A stretch of 64,000 bases of DNA, from positions 12,077 through 76,076 of the forward strand of contig VAWR01000059.1 in the NCBI GenBank assembly GCA_005885245.1, in the 5' to 3' direction. Positions 1-8,752 of this stretch are shown in pieces. The notes beneath the pieces were generated by a model. That model was not told the DNA's origin. It worked only from the letters and a program-made list of their open reading frames with translations, and did not search any database. The stretch is from Actinomycetota bacterium. Its GTDB lineage: Bacteria > Actinomycetota > Thermoleophilia > Gaiellales > Gaiellaceae. Made by a program: the position numbers and the translations under genes. Within the stretch, counting starts at the first letter, position 1. Each line of letters starts with the position of its first letter.

Positions 1-61
1 CGACGCGCCGCATAGCTGGCGGCCACTGCCGCCACGCCGCCAAGACGTTGAGCCTGCTCAG

Positions 62-1138
62 CTACCCGCCCTCCGGCGTCCGTTCCCCGAGCAGTCCCTG
101 GGGACGGAACACCAGGATCGTGATCAGGATCGCGAACACGATCGACTCCGTCCACTTCGGCCCGGGGCTGTGCCAGGCGAGACCCTCGTTGAAGTTCTGG
201 ATCAGACCGATCAGGAGGGCGCCGAGAACCGCTCCGGGGAGGTTGCCGATCCCGCCGAGCACTGCAGCGGTGAATGCAAACAGCCCGAGCTGGAAGCCGG
301 TGTAGAAGCTGATCGTCGTCGCGTAGAAGGCGAATAGCACCCCGCCCGCCCCGGCGAGCGCGCCGGCGACGAGGAAGGTGAAGGAAATTGTCCTGTCGAC
401 GTCGATGCCCATCATCGCGGCGGCGTCTTTGTCTTGTGCCGTCGCTCGCATCGCCTTGCCGCGCCGCGTGAACTGCACAAGCCAGACCAGTCCGAGCAGC
501 ACCGGGACCGTGACGAGGAGCACGAACAGCCGGTCCCACGTGTAGACGACGTCGCCGATCCTGAAGATCTGACCGCCGTTGCCCGCCGAGAACTCGTTCG
601 GAGGGAGATTTACCGGTCGCGTTCCCTTCCAGACGATCGCGATGTTCTCGAGGATGAACGACATCCCGATCGCGGTGATCAACGGAGCTAGCCGAGGCGC
701 ATTGCGTAACGGCTTGTAGGCGATCCGCTCGATGGCCATGTTGAGCAGGCCGCAGCCGGCCATCGCGCCGATGAGCGAGACGAGCATCGCGGCGACCAGG
801 ATCCCGAGGGCCGGCGTCTCCTGAGCGCTGAGCCCGAAGCCCTGCAAGGCGATCGTGGCCGAGATCATGCCGCCGAGCATGAACACGTCGCCGTGCGCGA
901 AGTTGATCAACTCTAGGATGCCGTAGACAAGCGTGTAACCGAGCGCGACCAGCGCGTAGAGCGCTCCCTGCGAGATCCCGATGAGCAGGATCCGGCCGAA
1001 GTCACTGGGAGTCTTGACCAGATTGACTACCAGCCAGACAACCACGAGCAGGACGAGGAGGATCCCAAAGATCCGGCTCGCGATCGCGCCGAGATCCCGC
1101 CGGGCCTTGACGGGCTGAGCGTACGCCTCGGTGACCAG
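62..1138 (-). CDS. livH: Branched-chain amino acid ABC transporter permease (LivH family)
   Basis: The translation has LivH hallmarks (GISQGALYALVALGYTLVYG, INFAHGD). The frame stays open upstream of the first canonical start (GTG 1045, no SD) to a CTG at 1138..1136. That CTG lies 5 nt after a perfect AAGGAGGG SD (1151..1144, minus strand), and an in-frame TAG lies at 1174..1172. The start could be 1138 or 1045. Confidence 0.85.
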   Translation of the reverse strand: MVTEAYAQPVKARRDLGAIASRIFGILLVLLVVVWLVVNLVKTPSDFGRILLIGISQGALYALVALGYTLVYGILELINFAHGDVFMLGGMISATIALQGFGLSAQETPALGILVAAMLVSLIGAMAGCGLLNMAIERIAYKPLRNAPRLAPLITAIGMSFILENIAIVWKGTRPVNLPPNEFSAGNGGQIFRIGDVVYTWDRLFVLLVTVPVLLGLVWLVQFTRRGKAMRATAQDKDAAAMMGIDVDRTISFTFLVAGALAGAGGVLFAFYATTISFYTGFQLGLFAFTAAVLGGIGNLPGAVLGALLIGLIQNFNEGLAWHSPGPKWTESIVFAILITILVFRPQGLLGERTPEGG

Positions 1139-1215
1139 ATCCGCCCTCCTTGACGCGACTGGGGAAGGACCCTAGAGCCCTTCCCCAGTCGATTCCAGCT
1201 GGACTAGTCCAGCTT

Positions 1216-2553
1216 CTAGCTCTTGACCTTCCGAAGCACCGCGAACACCGGGACGCCGCTGTTGCCGCGCAGCTGGTCGAAGCTGATCCACTTCAGCGGT
1301 GCGATGTCGCCGTTCTTGTCGAAGTGGAACGTCCCCATGATGCCGTTCTTGACTTTCGTCTTGAACAGCTGTGCCGTCACCGAGGCGCGCGTCCCGTTCG
1401 ACCTCTTGATGGCCGCGAGCATGATCTGGGCACCCTGCGCCTGATACACGGCGTACGGGGGCGGAAGGGTCTTGCTGCCCAGATACTTCTTGAACGCCTT
1501 GATGAACTTCTTGCCGGTCGGCGGAAGCTTCTCGAGCGGCTGACCGGCATAGCTGACGTACATGCTCTGCGCCGCAGATCCGGCGGCGAGCGTCGCCGAG
1601 TATGGCGTCCAGCCGTCGGGGCCGACGAATACGGGGCCGGAACCCAGCACCGCACGCAGGTCCTTCAGCAGCTTCGCTCCGTTGTTGCAGACGATCCCGC
1701 CCAGATACACGGCGTCGGCGTTCGTCCCCTTGATGCGATTCGCGATCGCTTCGTAGCTAGTCGCCTTCGCGTCCCAGGGCTCGAAGCCGAGCACTTTGAT
1801 CCCCAGGCTCTGGGCCCGGATGCGGAACGCCTCGGCGACGCCTTTCCCGAACGTCTGGTTGTCGTGCAGGACATAGACGTCCTTGATCGGCGCGAACTTC
1901 TTGCCCTGAGAAAGCTTGAAGGCCTTGCTCAGGAGCAGGTCTGCCGCCGCCGGTCCTTGGTAGTCGTCGCTCGCGGCGACGCGGACGTAGTTGCGCTTCC
2001 CGGTCGGGTAGTAGATGCCGGGTTCGCCCGGGTTGTTCCAGGGCGCGTTGTGCGTCAGGCCGACGTTCGTGTTCGCAACGCTGAGCATCCCGAGCGGGCC
2101 GCCGGGAGCCCGGTTCGCAAGCGGGACGATCAGCTTCGCGCAACCCGAGTTGAACGTCCCGAGAACGCCCATCACCGAGGTGTTCGACGCGTAGGCCCGA
2201 CCGTTCGACGTGCACTTACCGGCATCCCAACCGCCGGTCTCGGCCGTCGAGTCGTCGCAACCCTGGTAGCCGACCGTGTACTTGCCGACCTTGAAGTGGT
2301 ACTGCTTGTCGAGCACGTACTGGATCGCCTTCTGCATGTCGATGTTCTGCGCACGGCCTGCCCCCTGCAGCGGCAGGTCAGAGGCGATCAGGAACTGCGG
2401 CTTGCCCTTCCCCTTGTAGAACACGGGTCCGCAGGCCGACGAGGGCAGGGGTGTCGCTGCTGCACTCGTCGCGTTCGCGCTGCTCGAATACCCGACGATG
2501 GCGGCCACAGCCGCAACCACGCCGACGAGCACCAGCAACAAGAGTTTTCTCAC
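1216..2553 (-). CDS. ABC transporter substrate-binding protein, Leu/Ile/Val-binding (type I PBP) family
   Basis: 445-aa ORF with an N-terminal signal sequence (MRKLLLLVLVGVVAAVAAIVG). It resembles LivJ/LivK-type binding proteins. The GTG start at 2553 is preceded by GGAGGGAAG. It lies directly upstream of livH. Confidence 0.85.
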   Translation of the reverse strand: MRKLLLLVLVGVVAAVAAIVGYSSSANATSAAATPLPSSACGPVFYKGKGKPQFLIASDLPLQGAGRAQNIDMQKAIQYVLDKQYHFKVGKYTVGYQGCDDSTAETGGWDAGKCTSNGRAYASNTSVMGVLGTFNSGCAKLIVPLANRAPGGPLGMLSVANTNVGLTHNAPWNNPGEPGIYYPTGKRNYVRVAASDDYQGPAAADLLLSKAFKLSQGKKFAPIKDVYVLHDNQTFGKGVAEAFRIRAQSLGIKVLGFEPWDAKATSYEAIANRIKGTNADAVYLGGIVCNNGAKLLKDLRAVLGSGPVFVGPDGWTPYSATLAAGSAAQSMYVSYAGQPLEKLPPTGKKFIKAFKKYLGSKTLPPPYAVYQAQGAQIMLAAIKRSNGTRASVTAQLFKTKVKNGIMGTFHFDKNGDIAPLKWISFDQLRGNSGVPVFAVLRKVKS

Positions 2554-2687
2554 GCTCTTCCCTCCAGTCTTCCAGCCAGGTCGCTTTCGCGGAAGGAGTT
2601 AGGTTGCGCGGAAGTATTTCGCGCTCCCGGGCGGGCCGCAAGGGATCGGCGCGAATCCGAGGCGCTCGACGCGGGAAACTCAGGCCG

Positions 2688-4082
2688 TCAGAGCTCTGCG
2701 AGAGGAAACGAGCGGTGCCGGCGCGGGGGCACCAGGAAGTTCTGGCGGTGCGAGGTGCTCAGCACCGCGTTGAAGCCCTGGTTGCGGTCGCGACGGCCGA
2801 AAGCCAGGCGGGTGCCGTCGGGCAAGACGCCGTCCATCGCGAGCCGGTTTCGGCGAAAGTCGTCGCTCGTCGGGTTGAAGACGACGAAGTGGATCCCCGC
2901 AGCCGGGAGATCCTTCGTCCCGTCGCGTCCCGGGCTTGCGCTCCAGGCAAAGGGGTTGTCGAGCGTGTTGAAGTCGGCGCGTTGCGGCACCGCGGTCCCG
3001 CGCTTGTAGAGCGTGCCGTCGTCGGCGAGGATGTCGCGTTCGAGCCGAGACGACGATTGGATCGAGCTGCTGTGACCGATCCGGCCGTCCCGGCGGAAAT
3101 CGCGGCGAACCGATGCGGCCGATGCAGCGTCCCCGGGCTCCTGCGAGACCGTGACGATCCCGGGCTTCGGCCTGAGGCCCGGCTTGAATGCGGTGTCGAC
3201 GCGTTCCTGGAAGTCGAAGGTCTGATACCACGAAGCGAGGTCCTCGAACACGTGCGAGAGGTGCATGTGCGTCCCGTTGAGGAAGTAACGCCGCGGACCG
3301 AGGTCGACGAAGCCGAGCGTCTCGAAGTTCGCGATCCTGCGCGGACCGAGTGCGGCTTGCTGAGTGGAGGTGAACCCGAGAAAGAGCTGCGCGTCGTCCG
3401 GAATCAAGTCCGCCGCCTCGACGCCGGCCGCCTGCGCCATTCGCTTCGCCAGGCTCCGCCCGGAGCGAAAGTCGCTGCCGACGAAACCACGGCGAATGCT
3501 CGTCGCCTGGAGGATCTTCGACCCGCGGAACAGCGTTCGCTCTCCGTCCTCGATGTGCGCTCGGACGTCGCTGCGTAGGAGGACGGCGACGTCGTTGGCT
3601 TCGAGGATCGTGTCCGAGGGATCGCTGGGGAAGCGGATCGCGTCCGACAGCGCACGGACTCTGGCGCGTGTCGTCCGGGACGCGCGCAGGTCGACGGGAA
3701 GATGGAGCTGAGCCTGTTTCGGCACATGACGCCGAAAGTACGGGAGGCCCCAGGCCACCGTGACGCCGAGCCCGGCAGGCGTCGGCGGATAGCGATCTTC
3801 GAGATCCACGAGCGCGTCCTCGAGTTCCCGCTGCGCGCTAGGCAGATCGGCTGCGACCACTTTCGCCGTGACGACGGCGTGATGGAGCGGCGGGACCACG
3901 ACCGCGACGCCGTTGTCCTGCATGACTGCGACGCCGTCGAGCAGATGCTGCTCGGGCTGAAGCCGGCCGTGACCGCGGTCGGCCGGCGACCCCGTCAGGC
4001 GGTCGACGAGCTCGTACAGACCGGCCGCGCCGAGGCCGCTCGTCGCCGCTCCAACGAGTACCTGCCGGCGAGTGAGACGCAT
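2688..4082 (-). CDS. Tat-signal secreted protein, divergent Dyp-type peroxidase-like
   Basis: The N-terminus MRLTRRQVLVGAATSGLGAAG is a twin-arginine signal. The C-terminal half recalls the DyP fold (RRGFVGSDF, GHSSSIQ, LYKRG, GIHFVVFNPTSDDFRRNRLAMDG ... NFLVPP). The family assignment is from memory of motifs only. Confidence 0.5.
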   Translation of the reverse strand: MRLTRRQVLVGAATSGLGAAGLYELVDRLTGSPADRGHGRLQPEQHLLDGVAVMQDNGVAVVVPPLHHAVVTAKVVAADLPSAQRELEDALVDLEDRYPPTPAGLGVTVAWGLPYFRRHVPKQAQLHLPVDLRASRTTRARVRALSDAIRFPSDPSDTILEANDVAVLLRSDVRAHIEDGERTLFRGSKILQATSIRRGFVGSDFRSGRSLAKRMAQAAGVEAADLIPDDAQLFLGFTSTQQAALGPRRIANFETLGFVDLGPRRYFLNGTHMHLSHVFEDLASWYQTFDFQERVDTAFKPGLRPKPGIVTVSQEPGDAASAASVRRDFRRDGRIGHSSSIQSSSRLERDILADDGTLYKRGTAVPQRADFNTLDNPFAWSASPGRDGTKDLPAAGIHFVVFNPTSDDFRRNRLAMDGVLPDGTRLAFGRRDRNQGFNAVLSTSHRQNFLVPPRRHRSFPLAEL

Positions 4083-4712
4083 CTACGACTTCGGAGAGAC
4101 GATGACGAGGCCGCCGAGCATCCGCTTAAGGTTCTGGATCACCTGCGCATACGTGTACGGCGGCGCGACGTGCTCGCTGATGGAGTAGAGCGAGCGTCGG
4201 TGACGCCACGCGTAGAGCACGTGCCACTGGTCGGCGCCCTGGTTCGCGGTGTAGACGCGCGCCGTGATGTCACCCGCGCGCACGAGTCCCTTGGGATCCG
4301 AGAAGCACGGAACCGGCTTGTCGGTGGTGAGGTCGCTGCAGGTCGGAATCTTCGTGTTGCCGGGATAGCCGCGGAAGTTCACGTGCACCTCGCCGGTCCC
4401 CGGCTCGAGCCAGACGAAGCTGACGAGATAGCTGCGATCGCGACTTACGGACTCGCCGTTGCCGTAGCTTCCGCCGATGCGGGCGTCCAACGGGTCCGGC
4501 ATCCAGGTCGGGCAATAGACCGGCGCGCGAATGTGGGTTGCGAGCCTCTGCCAACCCGTTCGCCAGGCCGCCGGGCACGACCGTGCGGCAGCCGCGTCTG
4601 CAACTCCGCCTCCTGCGTTCGTCGATCCACACCCCGTGACGAGGAGCAGCAGCAGTAGGAGAAGCGGAGGGACGGCGCGCGCGATGGCCCCTTTATAGCG
4701 CGTAAGTCGCAA
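4083..4712 (-). CDS. Lipoprotein, unknown function
   Basis: This is the C-terminal part of track ORF 4083..6254. A TTG at 4712 gives MRLTRYKGAIARAVPPLLLLLLLLVTGC, a signal peptide with an LVTGC lipobox. The gene cannot start further upstream because tRNA-Leu occupies 4728..4811. Its stop abuts the start of the Dyp-like gene. Confidence 0.6.
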   Translation of the reverse strand: MRLTRYKGAIARAVPPLLLLLLLLVTGCGSTNAGGGVADAAAARSCPAAWRTGWQRLATHIRAPVYCPTWMPDPLDARIGGSYGNGESVSRDRSYLVSFVWLEPGTGEVHVNFRGYPGNTKIPTCSDLTTDKPVPCFSDPKGLVRAGDITARVYTANQGADQWHVLYAWRHRRSLYSISEHVAPPYTYAQVIQNLKRMLGGLVIVSPKS

Positions 4713-4727
4713 CCCCCTTCGAGGCAG

Positions 4728-4811
4728 TGCCGAAGGTGGGACTCGAACCCACACGAGGTTTCCCCCACCGGATTTTGAGTCCGGCGCGTCTACCAGTTCC
4801 GCCACTTCGGC
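4728..4811 (-). tRNA. tRNA-Leu (anticodon CAA)
   Basis: The minus strand reads GCCGAAGTGGCGGAACTGGTAGACGCGCCGGACTCAAAATCCGGTGGGGGAAACCTCGTGTGGGTTCGAGTCCCACCTTCGGCA. It has a 7-bp acceptor stem (GCCGAAG/CTTCGGC), an anticodon loop CT-CAA-AA, a long variable arm (class II), a GGTTCGAGTCC T-arm and discriminator A. CCA is not encoded. Confidence 0.92.
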
Positions 4812-4859
4812 CCGGAGGACAATCGTAGCCCTGGTCCGGTCGTTCTTTACGATCGGCCG

Positions 4860-5885
4860 ATGCGGGTAGGAATCCTCACCGGCGGCGGCGACTGTCCGGG
4901 TCTGAACGCCGTCATCAGGGCCGCGGGCCGCCGCGTGATGACTCGCGGTGGCGAGGTCGTCGGCGTGCGCGAGGGTTGGAAGGGCCTCGTCGAAGGACTC
5001 TTCGAGCCGCTGGGCCCGCGGGAGATCTCCGGCCTCCTGCCGCGCGGGGGCACGATCCTGGGCACGACCCGGACGAACCCGTTCAAGCTGGAGGGCGGGG
5101 TCGAGAAGGTGCTCGCGACCTTCGAGCGCGAAGGTTTCGACGCGCTGGTCGCCATCGGCGGCGAGGACACGCTCGGTGTAGCGGCCCGCCTTCATGCCGA
5201 ACACGATTTTCCGGTGGTAGGCGTTCCGAAGACGATCGACAACGACCTGTCCGCAACGGACTACACCTTCGGCTTCGACACCGCGGTCTCGGTCGCGACC
5301 GAGGCGATCGACCGGCTCCACACGACGGCGGAGTCGCACAACCGCGTCATGGTCGTCGAGGTGATGGGCCGCCATACGGGCTGGATCGCAGTCGTCAGCG
5401 GCATCGCCGGCGGCGCCGACATGATCCTGATCCCAGAGCAACCGGTCTCGATCGAGGACGCGTGTAAGGAGCTTCGCCGCCGCCACGAGCGCGGCAAGGA
5501 CTTCTCCATCGTGGTCGTCTCGGAGGGCTACGAGCTCGAAGGCCTCGCCGAGGCTGACGACGTCGACCAGTTCGGCCACGCGCGCCTCTCCGAGCGTGGC
5601 GTCGGCGCGGCGCTGGCCAGGGAGATCGAAGCCCGAACCGGCTACGAGACGCGTGTCACGGTGCTCGGACACGTTCAGCGCGGAGGGTCGCCGACGCCGC
5701 GCGACCGCGTACTCGCCACGCGTTACGGGCTGAAAGCGGCGGACCTCGTCGAAGAACGGAAGTTCGGCCGCATGGCCGCGCTGCACGGCGACGAGATCGT
5801 CGACGTGCCGCTCGCGGAAGCCACCGCGCGGCTCAAGACCGTGCCGCCGGATTGGTGGTCGGTGGCCCAGGCGTTCTTCGGCTGA
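4860..5885 (+). CDS. pfkA: 6-phosphofructokinase (ATP- or PPi-dependent, actinobacterial type)
   Basis: MRVGILTGGGDCPGLNAVIR, IGGEDTLGVA, PKTIDNDL and MGRHTGWIA are PFK-A family motifs. Phosphoryl donor specificity cannot be decided from the sequence. Confidence 0.9.
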   Translation: MRVGILTGGGDCPGLNAVIRAAGRRVMTRGGEVVGVREGWKGLVEGLFEPLGPREISGLLPRGGTILGTTRTNPFKLEGGVEKVLATFEREGFDALVAIGGEDTLGVAARLHAEHDFPVVGVPKTIDNDLSATDYTFGFDTAVSVATEAIDRLHTTAESHNRVMVVEVMGRHTGWIAVVSGIAGGADMILIPEQPVSIEDACKELRRRHERGKDFSIVVVSEGYELEGLAEADDVDQFGHARLSERGVGAALAREIEARTGYETRVTVLGHVQRGGSPTPRDRVLATRYGLKAADLVEERKFGRMAALHGDEIVDVPLAEATARLKTVPPDWWSVAQAFFG

Positions 5886-6754
5886 TGTCTGCGCCCGCGA
5901 TACGTCTGTTCGGCGGCCAGACGATGACGCAGACACTTCGGCGCGTTCTCGTCCGTCCACCCCGCGCCGCCGGGTTCCGAGCCTGGCGCGAGTTCGGCTG
6001 GCGCGCGCGGCCCGACGCGGCGAAGCTCGCCGAGGAACACGAGGCGTTCTGCGAGGCCTTGCGCGTGGGAGGCGCCGAGGTGGTTCTGGCGGAAACGAAG
6101 CTCGAGGACGATCCCGACTCGATCTATGTCTTCGACCCGGCGATCGTCGCCGACCGCGGGGCGATCGTGCTGCGATCCGGTAAGGAAGGCCGGCTCGTCG
6201 AGAGCGCCGCGATCGCCACCGACCTCGAGCGTGCGGGAGTTCCGATCGCCGCAAGGCTCGTGGAACCTCAGCTCGTCGACGGTGGGGACACGATCTGGCT
6301 CGACGAGGACACGCTGATCGTGGGCCGGGGCTACCGCACGAACGACGACGGCATCCACGCGCTGCAGGCGGCGCTCCCCGAGGTCGCCGTTCTCGCCTTC
6401 GATCTCCCCCACCTGCACGGCTCGCAGGTCGTCCTGCACCTGCTCTCGCTGCTCAGCCCTCTCGACGAGGATCTCGCCGTCGGGTACCTCCCGCTCATGC
6501 CGGTCCGGCTGGTGCAGCTCTTGCGCGAGCTCGACATTCAGCTCGTCGAGGTTCCAGACAACGAGTTCGAGACGATGGGGCCCAACGTGCTGGCGCTCGG
6601 ACCTCGTGTCGCCCTTGCCCTCGAAGGGAACGACGAGACGAGACGCCGCCTCGAACGCGCCGGCGTTGCGGTCGGTGTCTATCGCGGCGATGAGATCTCG
6701 CGCAAGGGCGACGGCGGGCCGACTTGCCTCACACGTCCGCTCCTACGCGGGTAA
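5885..6754 (+). CDS. Amidinotransferase-fold enzyme (dimethylarginine dimethylaminohydrolase / arginine deiminase-like)
   Basis: The ATG at 5885 overlaps the pfkA TGA (TGATG). The C-terminal GGPTCLTRPL carries the family catalytic Cys context. The fold assignment rests on overall similarity as I recall it. Confidence 0.7.
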   Translation: MSAPAIRLFGGQTMTQTLRRVLVRPPRAAGFRAWREFGWRARPDAAKLAEEHEAFCEALRVGGAEVVLAETKLEDDPDSIYVFDPAIVADRGAIVLRSGKEGRLVESAAIATDLERAGVPIAARLVEPQLVDGGDTIWLDEDTLIVGRGYRTNDDGIHALQAALPEVAVLAFDLPHLHGSQVVLHLLSLLSPLDEDLAVGYLPLMPVRLVQLLRELDIQLVEVPDNEFETMGPNVLALGPRVALALEGNDETRRRLERAGVAVGVYRGDEISRKGDGGPTCLTRPLLRG

Positions 6755-8173
6755 CCGGTAGACGGCGACCCACGGCCCGGCGCGATCGTCGCCGGGCTGG
6801 AGGTAGTAGATCCGCTTGGCGCGAGCGCCCAGCTGGTCGTAGAACCGCGCCTCGCGCGGGTAATCCGAGCGCGCGTCGAGGACGCGGTCTGTAACTGCCC
6901 CCGTGACCACGACGTCTTCGACGCCCAGCCGGCGCAGACGGACGATGCTGCGATTCTCGTCGAACGCGCGCTTCGGCCCCGGCAGGCGGAGCGCCAGCAC
7001 TCGCAGCCCTTCGAAGCTCGGCGTCGAAGGGTCGGCGGCGATCTGGGTGCCGGGCGAGATGTGGCGCTCGACCCAGCGCTGCGCGATCACCCGCGTGTCG
7101 GTGCGCGTGAGCTCCTTCGTGTCACGCACGGACCACGTCAGAGGCACGATCAACAGCAGGAGCGTGACCGGTGCGAGCGAGCGCATGCGCCCCGCGAGCG
7201 CTCCGAGCGGCGGCACGAGCGGCAGCACATAGCGGTCGAAGTGCGCCTGCAGCGTCATCAGGTCAATGAAGTAGGCGAGTACGAAGAGGGCGAGGATCAA
7301 GTCCACTTTCGTGCGGCGCACGAGTGCCACGACGAGGCCGATCACGCACACGATCAACGCCGGCCCGAGCCCCTGCCAGAGGCGATCGACGAAGGCGATC
7401 AGCGCGATGTGGTCGTGTTCGAAGCCGAGCCACCCCTCGCGCGCGAGCCGTTGCACCCTGAAGGCCTCGTGCCAGGCCTGGTGTCTGTGGACGAGGATGA
7501 ACGGGCTCGAGGCGAAAAACGCCATGACCGCGAGCGCGATCGAAGCCGCCAGGCGGGGCCACTGCTTCCAGCCGGCAACCACGAGCGGGACGAGCAGGAA
7601 GATGCCCGGATACTTGAAGCCCATTGCCAGGCCCACGGCGAGCCCGGCTAGCTCGAGACGTCCCTTCACCATCAGCGCCAGAGCCAGCGCGACGCCCAAC
7701 GTCAGGGGAACGTCGGTCACGGCGGCCCGTGAATAGGCGACGTGAATCGTGCAGACGGCCGTGGCCGTCGCAGCGACGACCCCTGCGGACGTTCCGAAAG
7801 CGCGGCGCCCGAGCCACCACGTCGCCGCAATCGCCGCGAGGCCGAGCACCACGCCGACGATGCGCGCAGTCAGATACGACGGCTCGTCCTGCCACCACTG
7901 AAAGGGCGCGTTGACGTACATGAGCAAGGAGGGGTAGTCGAACCAGTGTGGATCGCCGCCACCCCCGTGAACGAGCTTCCAGGCGCGCGGCACGATCGAT
8001 TGCTCGTCTGGATTCAGCAGATTCCCGAACGGGAGTCCGTACTGGACACCGACGAAGCGCAACGCCGCCGCGCCGGCAAGAATCCCCAGAAGCGCGGTCC
8101 CGCGGCCGCCCCACTGGCTCTCCGCCCAGCGGTCGACCGCGCGCGTGAAGCTAGACCTGCGGCGGGCCGTCAC
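6743..8173 (-). CDS. GT-C fold glycosyltransferase (family 39 / ArnT-PMT-like), polytopic membrane protein
   Basis: Multiple TM helices. The N-terminal loop (LRFVGVQYGLPFGNLLNPDEQSIVPRAWKL ... FDYPSLLMY) resembles the PMT/ArnT first loop. A GTG at 8173 is the only in-frame start giving the first helix. The upstream part of track ORF 6743..8461 is out-of-frame overlap with the next gene. Confidence 0.7.
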   Translation of the reverse strand: MTARRRSSFTRAVDRWAESQWGGRGTALLGILAGAAALRFVGVQYGLPFGNLLNPDEQSIVPRAWKLVHGGGGDPHWFDYPSLLMYVNAPFQWWQDEPSYLTARIVGVVLGLAAIAATWWLGRRAFGTSAGVVAATATAVCTIHVAYSRAAVTDVPLTLGVALALALMVKGRLELAGLAVGLAMGFKYPGIFLLVPLVVAGWKQWPRLAASIALAVMAFFASSPFILVHRHQAWHEAFRVQRLAREGWLGFEHDHIALIAFVDRLWQGLGPALIVCVIGLVVALVRRTKVDLILALFVLAYFIDLMTLQAHFDRYVLPLVPPLGALAGRMRSLAPVTLLLLIVPLTWSVRDTKELTRTDTRVIAQRWVERHISPGTQIAADPSTPSFEGLRVLALRLPGPKRAFDENRSIVRLRRLGVEDVVVTGAVTDRVLDARSDYPREARFYDQLGARAKRIYYLQPGDDRAGPWVAVYRLPA

Positions 8174-8741
8174 CGACGAGCTCGGCGACGTCTCTCGCGC
8201 CGACGATGACTGCATCGACTCCCGCTCGCTCGAGCTCGTCGACCTGCTCTCGACTCGAGAGCGGTACGTCCGCAACTGCGAGCTTGCCCGCCGGAATGTC
8301 CGGCAGGAGCTCGAGCGCGCGACCCAACCCTTCGTGATCTTCCCCATCCGGCGCTGCCAGCAGGAAGATCTCCGGGTCGAGGCGCTCGAGCGCGAGCTCG
8401 AGCTGTTCTTCGCTTCGCACCTCGACCACGCAATCGAGCCCGAGCTCCAGCGCCTCCGCATGCTGACGTGCGAGCCAGTCCCCGTCCTCGCCTGCGTCCT
8501 CGACCACGACCAGCCATGCGTCGGCTCCGGCGAACGCCGCCTCGCTCGGCGATCCCGACCCGCGCCAGAGAATCGGCAGCTCCGTCACGGAGCGCAGGTC
8601 GCCGACCGGCCCGCGGACCGCGAGAGCCTCAGCGCCCTGTGCGGCCGCCTGCCGTGCACCGTCCGGATCGACCACGTCGACGATCACGGAGATCCCGTCG
8701 CCCTCCGCGATGGCCTGACTGAACCGGCGCTCGCTCCTCAC
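8151..8741 (-). CDS. Divergent indole-3-glycerol-phosphate synthase (TrpC)-like TIM-barrel protein
   Basis: GTG start at 8741, 11 nt after the upstream stop. LGLDCVVEVRSEEQLELALE and AGVDAVIVG resemble IGPS strands, but the protein is short (196 aa) and lacks the canonical EIKRASPSKG motif. The function is uncertain. Confidence 0.45.
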   Translation of the reverse strand: MRSERRFSQAIAEGDGISVIVDVVDPDGARQAAAQGAEALAVRGPVGDLRSVTELPILWRGSGSPSEAAFAGADAWLVVVEDAGEDGDWLARQHAEALELGLDCVVEVRSEEQLELALERLDPEIFLLAAPDGEDHEGLGRALELLPDIPAGKLAVADVPLSSREQVDELERAGVDAVIVGARDVAELVGDGPPQV

Positions 8742-8752
8742 GCCGCAAGTAT

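Noticed and set aside
1-61. Possible 5' end of a livM-type permease continuing leftwards on the minus strand after the livH stop at 62
   Set aside because: It is expected from operon logic, but only about 20 codons are visible, with no diagnostic motif and no unambiguous start. There is too little sequence to call.
2575-2625. Repeated CGCGGAAG / TTTCGCG motifs and a near-palindrome GCGCGGAA-GTA-TTTCGCGC upstream of the first binding-protein gene
   Set aside because: The repeats are short and imperfect in GC-rich DNA, and the pairing has an A-C mismatch on the transcribed strand. They could be an operator, but the evidence is weak.
1150-3009. 619-aa plus-strand ORF, plus similar long ORFs at 29801..32314 (+, 837 aa), 33835..36321 (+, 828 aa), 47666..49591 (-, 641 aa), 8145..9347 (+), 22686..24257 (+), 46338..47723 (+) and 51078..52580 (+)
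   Set aside because: All lie antisense to or out of frame with genes that have clear family motifs (Liv binding protein, leuS, fbiC, CoA-transferase, lepA and others). Their translations are low-complexity and rich in Arg/Pro/Ala/Gly, which is typical of shadow frames in very GC-rich DNA.
4713-6254. N-terminal 500 residues of the 723-aa track ORF 4083..6254 (-)
   Set aside because: This stretch runs through tRNA-Leu (4728..4811) and antisense through pfkA and the amidinotransferase gene. Only the last 209 codons, a lipoprotein with a lipobox, look genuine.
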